From Ylistrum balloti (lineage: Eukaryota): DNA of 64,000 nt. Position 1 is the first letter of the stretch; the number at the start of each line of letters is the position of its first letter. The DNA is taken from assembly GCF_031769215.1 (NCBI RefSeq), contig NW_026781911.1, forward strand, positions 1 through 64,000. The letters are read 5' to 3'. Below the pieces are notes generated by a model. That model was not told where the DNA came from, did not search any database, and saw nothing but the letters and a program-made list of their open reading frames with translations. This document shows, in pieces, positions 24,564 through 38,600 of the stretch. A program made the translations under genes and the position numbers.

Positions 24564-25892
24564 ATCAAAACAGCACAAGTCCAGCATCACTGAATTTGTT
24601 CTATTATAATATATCAAAGGCTTTGAAAGCAGCACCTTTATGTTGTATATCTTTTCTCCAAGTCCGTGTTTCCTGAACTTTATAGTAATTTATTAGAGTG
24701 ATACTGGTTAAGGAATATCTGTTTCTATGTATGTTATAAAGAGATGCTGACCACTGCTATAATGATAAATCAATAAATGGACTACAAGCAGTGTTTGTGT
24801 ATCCCCTTTTTAAAAATAGTATGACTGAAATGACTCAGTGTTTGTCTTTTTAAAACCGCATTGAAGTATTTTTCTATTTGTGATCATTTCACTCAAGCAA
24901 GAAAGGAAATAGGAAAAGAAGAATTCATGTTTATTTTTTATGAAAAAAAAAAAAAAAAAAAAAAAACAAAACAAAAAACAAAAAAAAACACCCACCTGAG
25001 TTGGAGAAAACTAGACCTCACCTGCTGCCACTGTTAAGCCTACACGATCAGTCATTATGGAGAATCTATAATTTACACAAATCTACACTTTTGTCCAGCT
25101 GTGCCCATTATATGCAATGCAAATATTGTAAAGTGTAACAGCAGCTTAAGGTGACATATTCACGGCATATGGCAACCTGTAATCAAAACATACAATTCTA
25201 TCTATATTTAGTTACTGAGAAGTCACATGTAACGGAATCCTAACTTTTTTAACAAGCCCTGAAAACCTTTAAATCTCCCAAGCCACTGGGAACTTCTTTA
25301 ACTACCGACAAGCACTTATTGAACCCTCTAACCAGAGACTATACGTGAATATTAAAAGTCCCTATAACAACTAGCTCATAAACTTTTACAGTGATCTGAC
25401 CACAAATATCAAAAAATTATAAAACACCATAACAGTATGAAGGAAGTATATCTTTATCTTCAAGATGGAGATAATTGCAGCCATATTGGATTTTAGACCA
25501 ACTCCAAAAATAACTTTTGGGAAGGATCATTTTGGGATCATTTCAGTATGACAGGTGAGCTGAATCTAATAGATGGAAAATGAAGATTTTTTTTCTTGAA
25601 AACCAACTGTTCACTGATGTGACTGCCATAATGAACATTAACAGCACTTTGTCAGCATCCCTTCTTGCAATCCCCACCAAAGAGGAATTTCCGTACTCTA
25701 CTGTAAAGTATCCAGCTGTATACTGTAAGGTACAGGGAATGCTTATAATGCTACATCTATGTCCATGCTTACTCAACAGTAAAATATATAGCTATAATGT
25801 AGGGAAACTCTTGTATGGAAAAATCTACATCTCTAGGACTCCTGGTATATTATCAAGTTATATATCATTAAACACAGGGAATCTTTATTATG

Positions 25893-26524
25893 GGAAATAT
25901 ACCTCCATATCCTTACTTCCCCTACGGTATGAAATATACCTCCATATCCTTACTTCCTCTATGAAATATACCTCCATATCCTTACTTCCCCTACGGTATG
26001 AAATATACCTCCATATCCTTACTTCCCCTATGGTATGAAATATATCTCCATATCCTTACTTCCCCTACGGTATGAAATATACCTCCATATCCTTACTTCC
26101 CCTATGAAATATACCTCCATATCCTTACTTCCCCTACGGTATGAAATATACCTCCATATCCTTACTTCCCCTATGGTATGAAATATATCTCCATATCCTT
26201 ACTTCCCCTACGGTATGAAATATACCTCCATATCCTTACTTCCCCTATGAAATATACCTCCATATCCTTACTTCCCCTACGGTATGAAATATACCTCCAT
26301 ATCCTTACTTCCTCTATGAAATATACCTCCATATCCTTACTTCCCTTTGGTATGAAATATACCTCCATATCCTTACTTCCCCTATGAAATATACCTCCAT
26401 ATCCTTACTTCCCCTACGGTATGAAATATACCTCCATATCCTTACTTCCTCTATGAAATATACCTCCATATCCTTACTTCCCTTTGGTATGAAATATACC
26501 TCCATATCCTTACTTCCCCTATGG
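25893..26524. repeat. 37/32-bp minisatellite, about 18 units
   Basis: Unit GAAATATACCTCCATATCCTTACTTCCCCTA(CGGTA)T. Confidence 0.97.
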
Positions 26525-29500
26525 TAATGTAGCCCCCAATATACTACAATAAACAGGACACCCTTACTATGGCACATCAACCTTGATACCAGGTTCAGTC
26601 TTGTGTATCCTGCCATCCACAACTTAATACACTTTCGCTCTTGCATGGCTTCATGAATGAATGATCCAACAGAAAATCACAGAGTGATTATCTTATACTC
26701 CTCCCACGTTTTTCTAGCTTTTTCCATCATTAAGCTATATATGTCTAGGCGATCATAAAAGACTCTTTACTCTTTATAACGTTGACAGTCACCAATCCTC
26801 CAAGGTCAATTAAGTACCATTATAATGTCTAACTGCATTGTAACTTTCCTCCCACACGTAAAGGTTAATGTTTTATAGCTTCTGTGATTAACCAAACATG
26901 TCTTTCAATAACCACACAAAAACAAAAACAATTCAATTTCATTGTTCACTTTTTCCTATATATATTTCCACACATAGCTTCAATCAAAGAGAAAACAAGA
27001 CACATGCAAACACAAACAACATCAGCAATAACAAAGAATAACATGGATAGTCTCTCTGTTATTAACACACAGAACAGGTTGTACTTTAAGTCAAGAAAAA
27101 AAAAATTGGGTTTTCTCACAGTCACATGAACATCTACAAACAAATCCAATATATATATTTTCATAAATATATGTAACAAAATGAGTAATCATGAAAGAAA
27201 TATTGGGGTGTAATTCTACAGCAAACACCTGATACCATAATGTATATATTGTACAGTGTTCCTCTGTGGATATTCTACTGACCTGTTACCTGGGTAAAGT
27301 TCATAATATAATGAAATTTTCTGTTTAAATCTGTTTCGTCCTTAATCTATATAATATGTACAATGCAACATTTGACCTATATAAGTGAAAACACCTACAG
27401 AAATCAGGACTCCATTACTAAAAATAGCAAAGACACAATAAAGGAAAAATCTTCATCTAAGTTATTTTCACTTACCTTATTCATCAGAGAATAAGCACAT
27501 TTATCAAAAAAAAATTGAGTTACATGGGGTAATTTTTTTCTGAAATATAGGTTACCTAACAAAATGATATACAATGATAGATCATTATGGACTTATTGTC
27601 TAGTGAATATGCTGTTGTATGGACTGAAAAATAATCAATTGACCTGGTAGAGTTGAAGCATATTATCCAGTCAATACAAATGTATCAAAACACTTTCATC
27701 AGGTGAGATGTCCAAAACGTTTACCTGTATCATGTCAATTCTGAATGAAAATAAAGAAAAGCACTTAATGAAATGAATGTTATACTTTAATAAATATATT
27801 CTATGTGGGCTTAAATGGACCTTAAATGTGGTTGTGTCAATTATGCTGGGAAGACTTCACATTTAGGATGTGTATGAATTAATGGTACACTGTACTGTAG
27901 GTCAAATGAACTACCTATGGCTCGTGAGAAAGACTGTTTTTCCTCTTGTCTATTAAGTATTTAGTATGTACATGTATTTATATATATGGGGAACACTTGG
28001 GGAAGCACACACACACAATTTCCAATTATCAAAATATCAGATGATTTATTACACATGTCTATAGCACTATTCTATCTATTCTATATATATTAATGAATCA
28101 AAATAACTTGTGGATTGAACCATGTAACATTTGACATATAACATAGAGTATCAACTTCCTACACTCCCAATGGTAAGATGGTACTTTGATTCATGTGTAT
28201 GATGTACATATGGTATGGGAGAGTAAAGAAAAATGCATAGAAAAAAAACTAAAAATAAATAAATTAGAAGCACTTATTACTGTTTCATTAGAAAATATCA
28301 AAGAAGTAATTAAAACTTAAAACACAATTGATAATTATTGAAATTATCATAGTGGCTGAACCTATTCCATTTACAGTAACATGGCGACTGATATAAAGCT
28401 GGAAAATTAGCATTTACAGATAACTTGTGGTATACATATAAACTGATATTATCATAGTGTTATTCTTAAGTAGATGGAATGTCATTTTTATGTTGAGCGT
28501 ATTTTTCTCCTGCTTTTATCAAGTATTTCTGATTATATGTTTTCCTATTATATAATATGATTAAACCATCTCTGTAAACACTCAAACTAGCAAAGGAGGC
28601 ATTATAAAACATTGAGATTAAAGTTACTGACAGAGGATGTTACTACCTCTGCAGTCCATCCACAACCAATATACTTCATGTGATTAGGAACTCTTTGGAG
28701 ATGGAGGTGATTTTAGACATGTCATTGGGGCAACCATGTAAACAATAACCATGACACCTAAATTCAAACCACTAAATGGTGCTGTTCATAAATGGGGATT
28801 TAAGCTGATAATGCCTGATCAGCAGAGTATCAAGAATAACAACAAAGTAACAAATATTCAATCAAGTACTGTTTTAGTCCAGTTTAAAATTTTTGGTTTC
28901 AATTTAACTGTTAAAGTGCATTCAGGTACTTCATAATATGACTTTTAGAAGTTCACGGTTTTCTGTTCAGACACATATCTTCACTGTAATGCTTTGTGAT
29001 CTGCCTCCAAAGTCATGTGGCATGTTGATAAGTTTGGTGGCACAATGAAGGGAAATAACTCTGCTGCAATTGTAATAACTCATATTCAAGTAAACAAAAT
29101 TGCATAATTAAACACAATGTGGATATATTCCAACAAACCAAAATTCTCAAATTTGGCTGATTTAAAGTGAAATTTCCAAAATTTCCTACCTTGAGAATTC
29201 AAAATCAAAATTTTAAATCAATTCATTACAGTATTATGCATTTATACATTTCAAAGAATAAACTCTCCATTATTTATTTTTTCAAATAAAGGAAACATTG
29301 ATTTTCTTTATAATATTTGAATAACAAAATAAGGTTCTAAGTGAAGGCAAAGACATCTAAGTGTATATGATAAAATAGTTAATAGTCTTTCCACACTACC
29401 CAGAACCCCCAAACCCCAACCCTAAAACAATCTGTTGTTACCAAAACATTTATAAATTATGCATTTATACATTTCAAAAGATTAAATACAAAATTAAATT

Positions 29501-31204
29501 TCAACAGGAAACATTGCTTAGCAAATAATACTAAAAAATAAGAGACTAATTCTGAAGATACTTCAAATGAAGACATCTACATGTTATAAACAAAACCACC
29601 TCTCGCCTTGGATATGTCTTTAATTTCCAAAGTTATATTATGCTTTTTACATTTCTAAAACAATAACATTGTTATTTTTAAAAAAAACCTTTATTCTCAT
29701 CATTAAAGATAAAGAGCCCTGTCCCCTGTATATTAGAAAGTAACTCCTTTGTCTGGTCCTTACTTCAAATGAGTTAGCATTGAAAAACAGCTCATGTGCC
29801 ATGAAATATTATCATTATTACCATGTCCCAGTTCGCCATCTTTATGAAATGAACACCAACTTTACCTATTGTATAATCATCCCCCAACCCCACTCCCATG
29901 CCCTATCCTATCTTTACATTTAAATGAATCAGTGTCCTGTTCAGTACATACCAGCTGTATAATCTTTTATATAGATGTACATAGTGTATTTTTTGACAAT
30001 AAGACATATTGTGGTATATCTGAACTGGTGAACTCAACACTACCTGCACACCTTCGGACCTGTACCATAAGGTCTAATTTATCTGTTTTGCCTTTTTTTT
30101 TTTTTGAGTCTGGACCGATATAAATGAAAAATGATACATCTTTTAGAATAATTTTGAAAATACTGTTGCCTGTAGTGGTGATATTGATATGTATACACTA
30201 CACATACTAGTTAACAGTTCTGAGCACTGGTGAACACAAAGAAAACTAGAATCCTTTTTTATTATTACCCGTATCATTTCGTAGGCTCAGATGTAAAAAA
30301 TTCGTAAGTCTAAAAAAAATTTAATAATATATAACAAACTAAATATTTTTCAACTAGATCACACACACTATTCAAGAAATATTTTTAAACATTGATATTT
30401 AAATGCATCAGGTGAATACAGAAATATGACAGTAAGAATAGATGGCAGTAAGTCATACATTTGTAGTGAGAGATTCTCATATTTGTTGAGTGTTACTGAC
30501 AGTAGATTTTGGCATTCTGATCCCGTAAAGTCATTTCCACAAAGGTTTTGAAATGGCTGTGACTAGATTTTTAATAATCGAGGTTATTATCAATATTTTG
30601 TAATGGAAATTCCATACATCATTTAGGAAATATTTTAACAAACTCCACCTAATGTAGTATGGTACACATCTTTACTGTTGCTGATCAGTGATAGTTAAAA
30701 GAAAGCATTTATGAAGTTACATTGAAGTTGTCAACAGTCAATTTCATCTGTATAAAAAAATAAAACAGTTTAGAAAAATAACTACTACAAATGCCGTTAG
30801 CTTGAGAAAATGCCCAAGAAATGTAGAATTTATATGTTATGTAAATAAAAGTAGATTATGAAATTGAATGCAAATGAAATAATTAGCACGTTTTATATGT
30901 ATATGTGGTAGTTTAAAAACTACAAATATATCTACATACCTCCTAACACAATCTATTGTTCATATAACAATCATCAAAAAATATAAAGCAGCACCTTTGT
31001 TGACAAAGGATTATAGGCTGTACGGTTCAATTACATATATTAATTTTGAGAAAAATCCAAATTTGATTCAAGTACTAAAGCACACAATGCTGTGAAAAGA
31101 AATGATCCAAACATACATAGACCTATAATGTTCAAAATAGAAAATAATCTTTGACATAAAAAGGTATGGATTTCCAGAAGCCAAAGGACCTTCACTTTAT
31201 TACA

Positions 31205-31725
31205 ACAATGTGAAACATGGATATGGGCCTTCACTTCCTCGTGACAATGTGAAACATGGATATGGGCCTTCACTTCCCCAAGACAATGTGAAACATGGAT
31301 ATGGGCCTTCACTTCCCCGTGACAATGTGAAACATGGATATTGGCCTTCACTTCCCCGTGACAATGTGAAACATGGATATGGGCCTTCACTTCCCCATGA
31401 CAATGTGAAACATGGATATGGGCCTTCACTTCCCCCTGACAATGTGAAACATGGATATGGGCCTTCACTTCCCCCTGACAATGTGAAACATGGATATGGG
31501 CCTTCACTTCCCCATGACAATGTCAAATATGGATATGGGCCTTCACTTTCCTACAACAATGTAAAACATGGATATAGGCCTTCACTTCCCCATGACAATG
31601 TGAAACATGGATATGGGCCTTCACTTCCCCATGACAATGTCAAATATGGATATGGGCCTTCACTTTCCTACAACAATGTAAAACATGGATATAGGCCTTC
31701 ACTTCCCCATGACAATGTGAAATAT
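31205..31725. repeat. 39-bp minisatellite, about 13 units (sequence unrelated to the 21.6-kb array)
   Basis: Unit GACAATGTGAAACATGGATATGGGCCTTCACTTCCCCAT. Confidence 0.97.
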
Positions 31726-32375
31726 GAATGCTGTTGTGTAGATATCCGAGAATATATTTGGTTTACTATGGTGAATTTTCTGCCCAGCCACCCTTCTCTC
31801 TTAACAAAAATTCAGTAAATAACCAGGGTACCCATCTTGAATAAAATTTAACACAATGAAAAGACATTGTGAAACGGATAACTGAACAATTCATTGGGAT
31901 TAGTTTTGACAATCATTATGACAATTTCTTCAAGTCTTGAAATGACAATTTTCTTTCAAGAAAAGGTTGATTGAAAAAAAAAAGATATAAAAAAAAGAAA
32001 AATATCTTTGAGCCTTGATAAAAACCACATTAAAAAAAAATCTAGGTAGTACTGGTCCCAAGATGTTTGTGTCTACAGAATGATAATGGCGACTCTTAAA
32101 GCAGTGAAATTCATCATTATAGTGTTGATGTAAACTAATAATCATGGCTCATGTCACGTCTTGTTTAAATCAATCCCCAGTAAATAATTCTGATTAAAAC
32201 GATGTTTCTGATAGGTGTTGAAGCAGATAGTGGAAGGTCACAGTCGAGAAACTGGAAAATAAAACTATTAGACTTTACAAATACAGACGCAAACAGTTCT
32301 AGAGTAGTAGAGTATCTGATGAAGTTGTTAGTGAACTGGTTGTATGTGATCAGCAGACTCAATGTTAATGAAGCG

Positions 32376-32636
32376 TTAATCTTTCTCACACTCCATTTCT
32401 AACAATAGGTCGTCTCCCTCCAACTTTGTGTTGAGTGCCACTGCCACACTTTTGACAACACCATCAGCAGGTGCATTGACCACCATCTCCATTTTCATTG
32501 CTGAAAGAACAACAATGGGGTCACCCTTGGAGACCCTGTCTCCCTCCTTGACCTTCACTTCCAGGACCGTCCCAGGCATTGGTGCCCCGATGGAACCCTT
32601 AACTCCCTTTTGTGCCTTTGGATGAACACTTAGCTC
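32376..32636 (-). CDS. PC: PC exon 20, biotin carboxyl carrier domain ([22 protein letters not shown]...AMKM...EMECEKD*)
   Basis: TTGTAG|GAG; AMKM motif; stop TAA at 32378-32376. Confidence 0.94.
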   Translation of the reverse strand, partial: ELSVHPKAQKGVKGSIGAPMPGTVLEVKVKEGDRVSKGDPIVVLSAMKMEMVVNAPADGVVKSVAVALNTKLEGDDLLLEMECEKD

Positions 32637-35600
32637 CTACAATGGACAAGGCATTGTAATCACCTTGGTGTAAATTATCATTAGAATTTTATTAAACCAT
32701 CACTGCAACAGATTGAGAATATGACCGCTGAAGAAACAGTACAACCTGCTGATATATACAAACTTGTGATATTGCTAAACCGAATAAACAGTTGTTTGAT
32801 GATACATCAACATGTGATGGGAAAGTTGCTATAGTGATAATCAAGATTTTGAGAGAATAAAAACGGTGAACTCGTCTATGAGGATGTGTGATTACACACC
32901 TGTACATGAAGATCAGAATACATAATAATGATTAATCACTTAAGCTGGTTTCCCCATCCCATATATCATGTAAGTAATTGATAATTAAATGAATTTTGTT
33001 AAAGACAAATGTGTATGGTTCATGAAGGATGAAGAAATAAATCTATTTGAAAAGCTTTATAAAGAATTTGTAACAGTTTTACCTTTGTTGCCTCACTATC
33101 TGTGATGATGACAGAGCGCAGCTGTCCATTTAACTCAAAGAATACCTCTCTCTGGCCAAGTTTGTTGAGATCTCCAACAGCCAAGGTCTTAATAGACAAG
33201 GTCTTGCCTTTCTCTATGTCAACCTGTAGCAAATCAATGTCACACCATCTTAAAAATCATCCTCTCAGAAAACAAAGTAAAGTAAGTAAAAAAATCCCTT
33301 AAGTATTTATGATACAACCCTCAAAACCAGGCCTGCATTCATGAAACTGGTCTCATGCTAAAGCATGAATTTTGTGCCCAAGTCTTATGTCTTGTTTAAG
33401 TTAAAAATTAATAAATAAGGCTGATTTTGCCGAAGATTGAAAAACAATTTTGAAAGGACTTCAAGTCAAAGCTATATTCAAGGTTTAAATTTGACATTTG
33501 TATTATTTTATATTATTTAGGTGAATTATAAAAAAGTTTGCTTGAGCACAAAATCTATGCTTGAGCTTGAGAATGGTTTCATGAATACGGGCCCTGACAG
33601 GAGTTTACAGTTTCAGTCTACTTCATTCCTATATAAATATACAGTATGTACTGCTAACAATTGATAATAACAGCACATGCCAGGACTCAGTGGGCATTAA
33701 TTACTGAGTCTTGCTCTTCAATACTTTTCCATCTTTACCAAGTCATTTCACATTAAACATATTCTCCATATTCTAGATTTCCATAATGTTGGTTGACACT
33801 AATTTATAAATATACTGCACCTCTATTTCCTGTGCCATCTTGGGACCAATGAGGAACATCCTAGTGTCCAGACAATCTACAGGACCATATTTACTGCGGA
33901 ACTCAAGGAACTTGTCTGTGACTTTCGGGTACAGAGCAGCACTGATCACATCCACATCGCGCACGGCATTGCCATGCTTCTCCTCCAAATTTGTTTTGAG
34001 TTGATCAAAGTCCATGGGAGGCAGTGACTCTCCAGGTCTGTGTTCAATTCTCTCCTTGTCTTTCAGAATCTGACAGTACAAAATAGTCCATTTTATTCAT
34101 CATCATTGACACATTTAATAACATATATTTTGTAATTTCATGGAGAACGGTTACATAGGTTAAGTCTGTCTTATCCAATGCTTTATGTAACAAAATTTGG
34201 AGAGAAATCTTATTGCTTTAAGAAAACAATAAATAATTCTACAGTATGATTATGTACGTACCATTTCTCACTGAAATGTTCTCAAATGAATATATCATGT
34301 TAAACATCATGTCCTGTACCAAAACACATAAATGATAAAACAAACAAGGGGGTTAAGTGAATAAGCCAAACCCAACTTGTACATTGTTTGGAGGATATAT
34401 GTACAGATTTTACTTGCAAATTTGAAAATCACACATGATTATCAAGTTATAAGTGTTCAAATTTTTGATTGGTACTGTTTTGAGTTATGATTAATTGTAA
34501 CTATATTATATAATTGATGGTGATTTTACAATTACTTGTGTTGATGTGGAATGATACCTTTGTTCTCAGAGGCTCAGGATATCCACCTGGAGGGGCACCT
34601 AGGAAGCCCTGGAAATACTCCACAACCGATACAGGGAAGGACAACTCATCTGCCTTCTCCTCCACCATAGCTGCACTGAGTTTGTTCTGGACCATGAACT
34701 GTGCCAAATCTCCCACCACTTTGGAGGAAGGTGTAACCTATTAACACAGCAAAAAGATACATACAATGCATTCATATGTACCTAATATTACCGATATAGT
34801 CTTAACTCCTCTGAATCTTCTCATTGCAATGTATAGAGAATACAAAACATCTGTTGAGACTGTAGTACTATCTGGTCATGTGACAACCATTGTGATGCTG
34901 TTTATCTCATTACACTTACTCTGCTGATCCAAGAATTTCACAAACTGACATTAGGAGAGCGAAATGCTTAGCTTTCTTACATTTGTCAGCACTAGAAATG
35001 AATGTTATAGGACCTTAATATCTTTGTCTATATAATTCATGTCATACATGTAAATATTATACAAATTATGCAAGTGACTTCATGTAAAGTCAATTAAATT
35101 TCTGGTTTAAAATGTAATGTAAAATGAAATATTATTATTATTACACATAAAAATTCATTAGGGCTACAAATTTGATTGATGAAATAACTTCAATACCTGG
35201 AATCCATTAACATTATACAACAACAGATTCTGTCTTTTTAACTAAATAAATAAGTAAATATACTCATTTACGATGAAGAATTCATGTTAATTCATTCTCA
35301 TTTCATGAAAGTAAGAGTATGCACCATTACATTTTCAGTAGACTACATGTAATCTATACCTTAGGGATATCTCCCATGAGTTTGTTGGCTACAGAGTATG
35401 TCTTCTTCACCTCTTCAAACTGGTCTGCCAGACCAAGACTGAAGGCCTGGAACTGTAGATTGGTGTACTGGCCACCTGTACAGACACACAGATTATCATC
35501 ACACATCCTGATGTTGATCATATCATCTCAATGGAAAGATTTACCACTATTTATCACACATATTACTTACAAGACAACCATGACATTCTGTTAATTAGTA

Positions 35601-38600
35601 TCTGAATGATAACATAAATTTGAAGTAATGAAATAAGAGATTGTGTATCAAAACTATTAGATCTGTATACTGGCAATACCTGGAATTTCATTGTTGTAGA
35701 TGTCTGAGTTTCCACTCTTCATTGTTACACAGCATTCGAATGGAGCATACAGGTTCCTGGTTTGTTCCCAGTAAGATGAGTAATTTGACACATCAGGTAA
35801 GCTTATTCCTGTATCAACCAAAGCACAGGTTATCAGTAACATGTAAAACTTTAAACATGTTTTAAAGTATAAAACATTTCTAATGAATAATCCTAGTATA
35901 GGTCAGTTTCTCTAAAGATGTTTAATAGATCATATGTTCTTCCAATGTGAGGTGATGTCAGTTATTCTTTCGCTCAAATTTTATCTATGATAAGATATTC
36001 ACATGCCATGTGCATTACATGGCATGATCTTACAAAATAAGTAAAACCATATGTTACTTGTATGTGTTCAAGATCAATTTAGTCAAGGACCGATATTTTG
36101 AAACAAAATCTCATGTGAGGGGAAGTCAAGAAGGAGAAGTTACAAAATATCAATCTGAGTCTGTGATAGTAATGGATTCTCTTTCTTGCACAAATATTAG
36201 TCAAAACTGTCTATAAATTACTCTCTAATATCATTTCAAAATTATTCAGTAGATTACATTACCTTCCTTTACAGTTATACATCTCAAAGACAATAGCATA
36301 TAACAGTTAAATTATGGCAAATAATGGTACCAAATATTGTGAGAATTATAAGCCAAATATTGCAAGGATTAAAAGTCTGATCTTGAAGAACCTCAAGAGA
36401 GCACATCATGCAGTACCTGTATCTAATGCAGATCTTTCTAGGGCAGCTACCACAGCACCCATGCTTGGCTGGGAGGTCATTCCTGACATTGAGTCAACAG
36501 CCACGTCCACTACATCAGCCCCTGCATGAGCACATGCCAACATGGAGGCCACAGCAGCTCCAGCTGTGTCATGTGTATGAACATGGATGGGGATGTCAGG
36601 GAAGCGGTCCCGCAGTGCTCCGATCAGCAAGGTGGCTGCCGGTGGCTTCAGTAGACCTGCCATATCCTGGATACACAATAAATGTTTTATCACTGTATTA
36701 TCAAACATATTCAGCTTATATATTTTAGATTTCTTCTTTTTGGAAAAACAATAAATGTGTCTTTATAGATGAATGCATTATGATGTAGATCAATGCCTGA
36801 GTCATCAACCAATAAGGAGTATGGACTTTTCTGACTGTGCCAGGTATTGGTTCCTCAAAGCTTAATTACCTAAAGCTGACAGTACTTTATGGATATATTA
36901 GAACAATATTTGAATTCTTAAAATCTCAACCAATGAGAACTAAAACATAATCAAGTGAAGACTTTATGCATTGATGCTATGGTGAATATATGAACAGAGG
37001 AGATATGTTTTTGTACACAATTTTTGTATTTCAAAAGTTGTGAAGTGTGATTTGTGTATTAAACTTAACACCAAAACCAAAAACCTAAATACTAGTCTTT
37101 ACGAGTTGTGACATTGTGTACTTACCTTGACACCAAGGATGTGAGTACCAGCCTTAACGAGTTGGTCAGCCATGTCTAAGTAGTACTGCAGGTTGTACTT
37201 AGTTTTGCTGGGGTCTGACACATCACCAGTATAGGACATTGAGGCCTCTATTACCCCACCTACAAAAGATATGTCACATACAACATAGTATAAGCTACTG
37301 TTATTACTCTAATCTGACTTTGATGCGATTCCATAATCAGGTTACAACTCATTTATCACAATACAGATCTAACCATATTTCAGAGCATTTACGTCAAGTT
37401 GGTCATATCAACAGAATAGAAGTTTTTATATCACAACAAGTAGAAGATTTAAGTGTGATGTTTCAATGAATACATGGTCACCTTCATCAGACAAAGTGTA
37501 ACCAAATTGACGACAGTACATTGTTACCATCTTTTATACTTTTTTCTCCTATAATCTGCTTACCATTTCGTCATACTATTTTCTGCCTTAGTGTTCATAG
37601 GATTATAGTACAGCTGAAAAAGTTATCAAACATATTCAGCTTATATATTTTAGATTTCTTCTTTTTGGAAAAACAATAAATGTATCTTTATAGATGAATG
37701 CATTTTGATGTAGATCAATGCCTGAGTCATCAACCAATAAGGAGTATGGACTTTTCTGACTGTGCCAGGTATTGGTTCCTCAAAGCTTAATTACCTAAAG
37801 CTGACAGTACTTTATGGATATATTAGAACAATATTTGAATTCTTAAAATCTCAACCAATGAGAACTAAAACATAATCAAGTGAAGACTTTATGTATTGAT
37901 GCTATGGTGAATATATGAACAGAGGAGATCTGTTTTTGTACACAATTTTTGTATTTAAAAAGTTGTGAAGTGTGATTTGTGTATTAAACTTAACACCAAA
38001 ACCAAAAACCTAAATACTAGTCTTTACGAGTTGGTTGATTCCTTACCATCTTGATACTATGTACATCAGTGCTAGTACACTTCACACAGGTCATTTGTCT
38101 GATGAAGGATACAGTCAATAAAAAGCCACACTTTTAATCTTCTTTTCTACTGCTGTATGATATTGCTATTTACCAATCTGTCAGTATTTAAGGTAAAAGC
38201 ATGAATATGAAATCAGCCCTTTTGTCACGGATCAACATCAGAACACTCATCATACTGCTTTAATAGTAATGCAGTAGCTGTGCTGTGTTATTTTCACTGC
38301 TCTAACGATAATGTGGTAACAATTGTGCTAAAACTTTTTTAGAATTGAAATATTTCTCTGACTGTTTTATCATTCCTTATGATATCAATATTTGGGGGTG
38401 ACATTGAAGCATTCCATATACCAGATCTTGATATCAAATTTAACTTTACCTTTGATTTAACCACCATAAAGACACTTTAATCCTGATATCTACTGTCCAT
38501 ATTAGGATCATTCTGTTTAGTGGTATATTCATATTTACTCAAAAAGTTTTGAAGAATATTTTTTGGTCTTTGCAGAATTTTGAAATGACTGTTACAGGAT

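Noticed and set aside
21752-24676. Many ORFs of (MYQCPSNISLRIQ)n and (CTSVLQTSVLGFI)n
   Set aside because: Translation of a stop-poor 39-bp satellite; 37-bp variant units shift the frame freely.
24940-24990. Long A-rich tract as a possible retrocopy tail
   Set aside because: No adjacent recognisable retroposed sequence or target-site duplication.
901-26524. CRISPR-like appearance of regularly spaced repeats
   Set aside because: The arrays are contiguous tandem units with no unique spacers; the context is eukaryotic and there are no cas genes.
31147-31818. 202-aa ORF of (DNVKHGYGPSLPH)n resembling a Gly/Tyr/His-rich structural or shell protein
   Set aside because: It derives from a 39-bp tandem unit and two minus-strand frames are open as well. 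There is no ATG ahead of the repeats in this frame. Unit variation is non-synonymous (H/R/P/Q, G to W). Expression data could reopen the question.
35809-36423. GATACAG present at both the end of exon 14 and the end of intron 14 (intron-gain-like direct repeat)
   Set aside because: CAG is expected from splice consensus at both sites; four extra matching bases among 19 introns is not significant.
36667-36690. Intron 13 end translates as HLLCIQ before DMAG, mimicking human PC HILCIK
   Set aside because: The true upstream exon already supplies HILGVK, and nucleotide identity to the exon end is only about 11 of 21; likely coincidence.
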